A DNA stretch of 64,000 nt from Piromyces finnis finn (lineage: Eukaryota; Fungi; Neocallimastigomycota), in assembly GCA_002104945.1 (NCBI GenBank), contig MCFH01000038.1, positions 1-64,000 on the forward strand. Direction: 5' to 3'. Below, piece by piece: positions 59,003-64,000 of the stretch. The notes below the pieces were generated by a model that was not told where the DNA came from, searched no databases, and saw only the letters and a list, made by a program, of their open reading frames with translations. The translations under genes and the position numbers were made by a program. How positions within the stretch are numbered: the first letter of the stretch is position 1; each line of letters opens with the position of its first letter.

Positions 59003-61260
59003 AGAGAAAGAGAGAGAGAATGAAAAAAAAAATGAGAAAACTATTATAATACAAAATTACTTCAATTTAACCCATCACAGATTTAAAAATTGAAATTTCA
59101 AAAATTTTTATATTCACTATTTTTTAATTATAAAATTTATTTTTCAGCTTATTATTATTAATATTTTTAATATCAAATTTTAAAAATTTCAAAAAACATA
59201 AAAAACCCTTTAAAATCAAAATTTAAAATTTCAAAAAATTCAAAATTTCAATTATGACAGTTGTACAACATAAAAAATTTCAAAAACACATTTTTTATAC
59301 AATACATATATGTATTTCATAACAAAATTTCATTTTTACCAATTTTTGACAACTTTTGAAATTTCGCGAAATGGCCATTTAAAATTCATTCCTCCATCCT
59401 CATGTGACCATTTCGAAATTTCAAAAATTTTGAAAATATTAAAATTTCAATATTTTAAATTCAATATAAGATATTCCACTATCAAAAAATTGTCTAGTAT
59501 CCAATTTTAGTGGAAGGGCGTTGTCAAAATCACAATTCATGAAATTTGACATTTCATGAAATTTCATAATTTTGAATTATTAGTTAAATTAATTAAAATA
59601 TTAATTTAATAATATTTTATTAATAATAGTTTATTTAATATAAATATTAATTGGAAAGCTATTTATTATCCGGAGATAAATAGTGTAACAATTAATTAAT
59701 ATTAAACAAACCAATTAGTAAAATAAGATTCATTTAAATAATTATTAATATTATTTTTAACAACTTATTAATATCGATATTTAAAGAAAATTATATTATT
59801 ATTACTATTATATTTTATTAATATTTATATTTATATTATTATACATGTATAACTTAAATTATATTATTATTATACTTTATTAATATCAACATTATATTAA
59901 AAATGAAGTATAAATAAGTTGAATAAAGAACAACTTTAAGAAGTTCTTTGTGAGATTATTATACTCATTTTTATATAGTAAATTCAATAATTAAAATTGA
60001 TAATTATCATTTATTTATATTATAAAAATTAAATAAAATAATTAAAAAAAAAAAAAAAAACTATATCTATTATTCTTTTATTTATAAAATTTTATTATTT
60101 ACTATATAATTAAGCCTATCCTAACCTAGTAGACTTAATTATAATTCTAAATCCACTCTAACTCTTGACAATAATTGTCACGAATACTAGTGAAATTACA
60201 ATTTCAAGATCACTTGGAATTGTGAAATCACTTATGAAAATTCAAAATCAACAAATATTTTATTTTCAAATAAATTATAAAATTTTATTAAGAAATATTT
60301 AAAAATTTAGAAAAGGTTAAAATATGACCTTAACCCTTAATAATTTTTATAATAAATAACTTTAACCCTTATCGTTAAAATGGAATAAGAAAAAACACGC
60401 GTATCTCCTCAACGAATGACGATTTTTGAATAAAAATATTTTGGTTATAATTAAGTTCGTTAGAAAGCCACGCTCGAGACAAACAACATATCTAAAAATC
60501 AGGTCAATATCTCTGCTGGTTCACGAGATATTCCAATTTAAAGATATTTTGTTAGCAATGATTAATTGTTTATTCAGAGAATGATCACCCCTGATATATC
60601 AAACATAAATCATTCACTCAAAGTATAAAAAATTATTGTTTAATTAAATTAAAATTATTTTCCGGAACTAATTAACTTTATTTTATAATAATTATTTCAA
60701 TAACATAATTTATAATCTTTGAACTAGAGGATTATAATTATTAATATTATATTCAATGAATTATATTATAATTAAGAAATAATTAATATTATGAATATTA
60801 TAAACAATAGTTATTTTTTAATAATTAGGAATAAGTCTTAAGTTTAGTTTAAGTATTATAAAATATATTATGAATATAATCATGTATTGAAAAGTTATTT
60901 TATTATTAAATGTAAAATTACAAATAGTATAAATAGTTTAGAATAGTTTTATGAATTAAATCTTTGTAAAGATTATTATCTTATTAATACTTAATAAGTA
61001 TTACTATTAAATAATCTTATTATTATATATATTCTTTAAATAAAATAAAAAGGAATTATTTTAACTATAATACATAATTTAATTATTCATTTATAAATCA
61101 ATTAAGATTATTTTAATAAAACATTTTTTTTCTAACCTAGTTATCTTTTAACCTTTTATTTAATTTAATATTTTAATATTAAATTATAAGTTTAGTAAAA
61201 CTTTTACAATAATCTTTACCGCGTTTTTTACCATAACTACCTTAGGAAAAAACTTAATTT

Positions 61261-61302
<42 letters not shown>

Positions 61303-61305
<3 letters not shown>

Positions 61306-62217
61306 ACTCAACCAACACCTAAACCAGTTCAACAATTCCTAAAGCCTCAAGATTTAGAAGAATTTAAGAAAAATCTTTGTGGTGAATTAGACAAGTATAT
61401 CACTCAACAATTGGATAAAAATACCACCTCCTTGTTAGAACGTATGGATGCTATGTTAAAGGAACTTAAGAGTCGTGCTAATTATACTGAAACCGAGGAA
61501 TCTTCTACCGATTATGATGAAGATCATGATGTTATAATGCGTAATAGAACCTATCCTATCAAACAAGTACCAGATCCAGGATTCTTTACTGGTGATACTA
61601 CTCAGACTGAGTTATTCTGCGAACTCTGCCAAGCTACCTTTAAAACTCCACCTAACAATCAACTATCTGAAGAAGTAAAAATTAACTTTGTTGTTGTTAG
61701 ATTACGTGATTCTGCCAGAACTTGGTATCATATTAAATATAAAGATGGTATTACTCCTATGACTATGAACGAACTATTAAGTGAATTAAACAAAGCTTTT
61801 TCAAATGTTACCAGTACCAAATTAGCCATGATTCAATTAATAGAATTAAGACAAGCTTATGGAAAAGTGAACGATTATATTAACAAATTTAGAGATTTAA
61901 GTCGTTGTTTAGAGATAGATGACATTAGTCTTTCACTAATATTTTTAAATGGTTTACATCCAAAATATAAGAATGAAATTAAGAAAGCTGATATTTTACC
62001 TAACACTTTAAGTGAAATGGTTACAAAGTGTATAATTTTTGAAAATTCTCTTGTTACTAATAATAAATTAAATATCAATAATAATAATAATAATAAAAAT
62101 CAACATTACAATAAGAGAAACAATAGGAAATTCAATAAGAATAAAACCCATTATCAAAATTCAAACAATAATAATAATTATGTCAATAAAGTTCAAAAAA
62201 TGAACTCAAAAAACTAA
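61303..62217 (+). CDS. gag: Gag of C
   Basis: 304 aa, QVPDPGFFTG motif, Asn-rich tail. Confidence 0.92.
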
Positions 62218-64000
62218 GAAATGAACTCTCAAGAGAGCCTAAGAGAGTTCATAATACAAAAATAATACATTACAACTTTCCTACATATGACTCTAAAATA
62301 AATAAAAAATTGCCTACAACATTTTTCAACTTAAAATTTTTTATCCCAATTAAATTAAACAAACTTTATGATTTAAAAAATTCAATTAATAAAAATCAAT
62401 ACAATTTAATTTTAGATAGTGGCTCATATTGCAACTTTATTTCAATCAACTTGGTCAATAAATTAAAACTAAAACCACACAAATTATTACACTCAATTGA
62501 AATAAATGGAATTAGTGGTTCAATATTTATTGATACATACACCTTCTTATATTTTAAGACTACTATCTATATTAATCATTCAAAATTTTTAATTACTTTT
62601 AAAGAAAAATTTCTAATTATTAAAAATCTTCCAACAGATTTGTTATTAGGCAATAAATTTTTACACAAATATCAACTACATTTTAATTATAATAAAAATT
62701 TTGTATATTCAAGTTTAAATTTTAACAATTTTAAAAAATTAAATTCTAATAAAATTATATATAAAATTAATAAAAACCGATTGAATAAATCCAAAAATTT
62801 AAAAATTAAAACCATTAATCATAATAAATTAACTTCCAATACATCTTTTAATAATTTGAAAAATTACTCTAAACCAAAATATCAAAATTTCAGCTATAAT
62901 TACTTTATTCACTCATTTTTAGCTAATAGTGAAAAAGATTATAATACTGATGATGAAGATGATAATGAAGAAGACTTCAAATTAGAAGAAGTACCAGAAC
63001 CATATCGTGATTTAGCGGAAGTTTTCAGCAAGGTTAAGGCTGATAAACTACCACCACATAGGCTAACGGATTGTAAAATCGTTTTACAAAAAGATGCTTC
63101 TTTACATTATGGTCCTATATATCCTCTATCTGAAGATGAATCCCAAGTTCTTAAAGAATACATAGATGAAAATCTCAAGAAAGGATTCATTAGACCATCT
63201 GAATCTCCAGCTGGTTATCCTGTTTTATTTCAGAAAAAGAAGGATGGATCGTTACGTCTTTGTATTGATTACAAAAAATTAAATGCAGTTACAATTCGCA
63301 ATTCTTACCCACTTCCTCTAATTACTGATATTATCGAAAGAGTGAAAGGTGCTAAATTTTTTTCAAAATTAGATCTTCGTTCTGCTTACAATTTAGTGCG
63401 TATTCGTGAAGGAGACGAATATAAGACAGCTTTTAGAACTAAATATGGTCACTATGAATATTTAGTAATGCCTTTTGGTCTAAGAAATGCCCCTGCTACA
63501 TTTCAATCATTTATTAATTCAGTATTACGCCCTTATTTAGAAAAATTTGTTATTTTATATTTAGATGATATTCTGATTTACTCGGAAACATTAGATGAAC
63601 ATATACAACATGTTCGTACTGTTCTCCAAACACTGCTCAAAAATAATTTATTTGCTAAATTAAAGAAATGTGAATTTCACAAGCCAGAAGTTGAATTTTT
63701 AGGACACGTTATATCAGGCAATGGTATATCTACTGATCCAAAGAAAATTAAATCTGTCCAAGAATGGCCTACACCTAATTGTGTAAAAGATGTTCAACGC
63801 TTTGTTGGATTATGCAACTATTATAGAAGATTTATAAAAGATTTTGCTACTATTGCTAAACCGCTTCACAATTTAACAAAGAAAAATACTAGTTTTAATT
63901 GGAATGATAAATGTAATAACTCATTTTTAGAATTAAAAAAGAGACTAATCTCTTCACCTATTTTATTACATCCAGATCCAACCAAACCATTTATTGTCGA
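62208..64000 (+). CDS. pol: Pol of C (partial, -1 frame)
   Basis: Hand translation gives ILDSGS protease, and the RT motifs [14 protein letters not shown] and YLDDILIY are in the -1 frame. Open to the window end. Confidence 0.9.

Larger units (their letters stand above)
53473..60170 (+). mobile_element. Full-length element B (A/C-related), 65 nt upstream of tRNA-Cys
   Basis: LTRs 53473-54122 and 59522-60170. TSD ATAAT (53468-53472 / 60171-60175). PPT AGTGGAAGGGCGT before 59522. Confidence 0.97.
60176..64000 (+). mobile_element. Element C (5' LTR 60176-61208, gag, pol running off the window)
   Basis: TGTCACG...TTTTACA LTR, also present as the solo LTR at 10249-11350. PBS ATAATCTTTAC at 61209-61219. 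Confidence 0.95.

Noticed and set aside
58971-59521. Extra gene or env-like ORF in B's 3' region
   Set aside because: No ORF is present, only A-runs, a GA repeat and dispersed TTTCAAAA-like words.

Overview
Extremely AT-rich eukaryotic DNA. Composition, Asn-rich proteins and a bacterial-type intronless gene suggest an anaerobic gut fungus (Neocallimastigomycota); this is inference. Most of the window is Ty3/Gypsy LTR retrotransposons: A (1-~2.6 kb, runs off the left end), H1 (2570-9210), two solo LTRs, D (12348-19281), F+ (19290-28273, interrupted by H2 at 20642-27534), F- (28274-32831), E (32833-39417), G (39421-45797), B (53473-60170) and C (60176-end). A 7.6-kb host island lies between two inward-pointing tRNA genes, tRNA-iMet (45814-45885, +) and tRNA-Cys (53336-53407, -). 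It holds an aldo/keto reductase, a 7TM protein and a spliced gene with a 5-nt microexon. Main result: peeling the elements out by their overlapping target-site duplications (TSDs) suggests that the junctions from ~11.4 to 45.8 kb record at least six serial insertions 11-16 nt upstream of the same tRNA-iMet. A second element class sits ~65 nt upstream of tRNA genes. Two LTR lineages appear to use the near site: Tf1-like self-priming elements and tRNA-Ala-primed elements with 4-bp TSDs. Six element types show covarying 10-12-nt self-priming pairs, and five show a -1 slippery heptamer followed by a hairpin. All alignments were done by eye, and no database search was possible.
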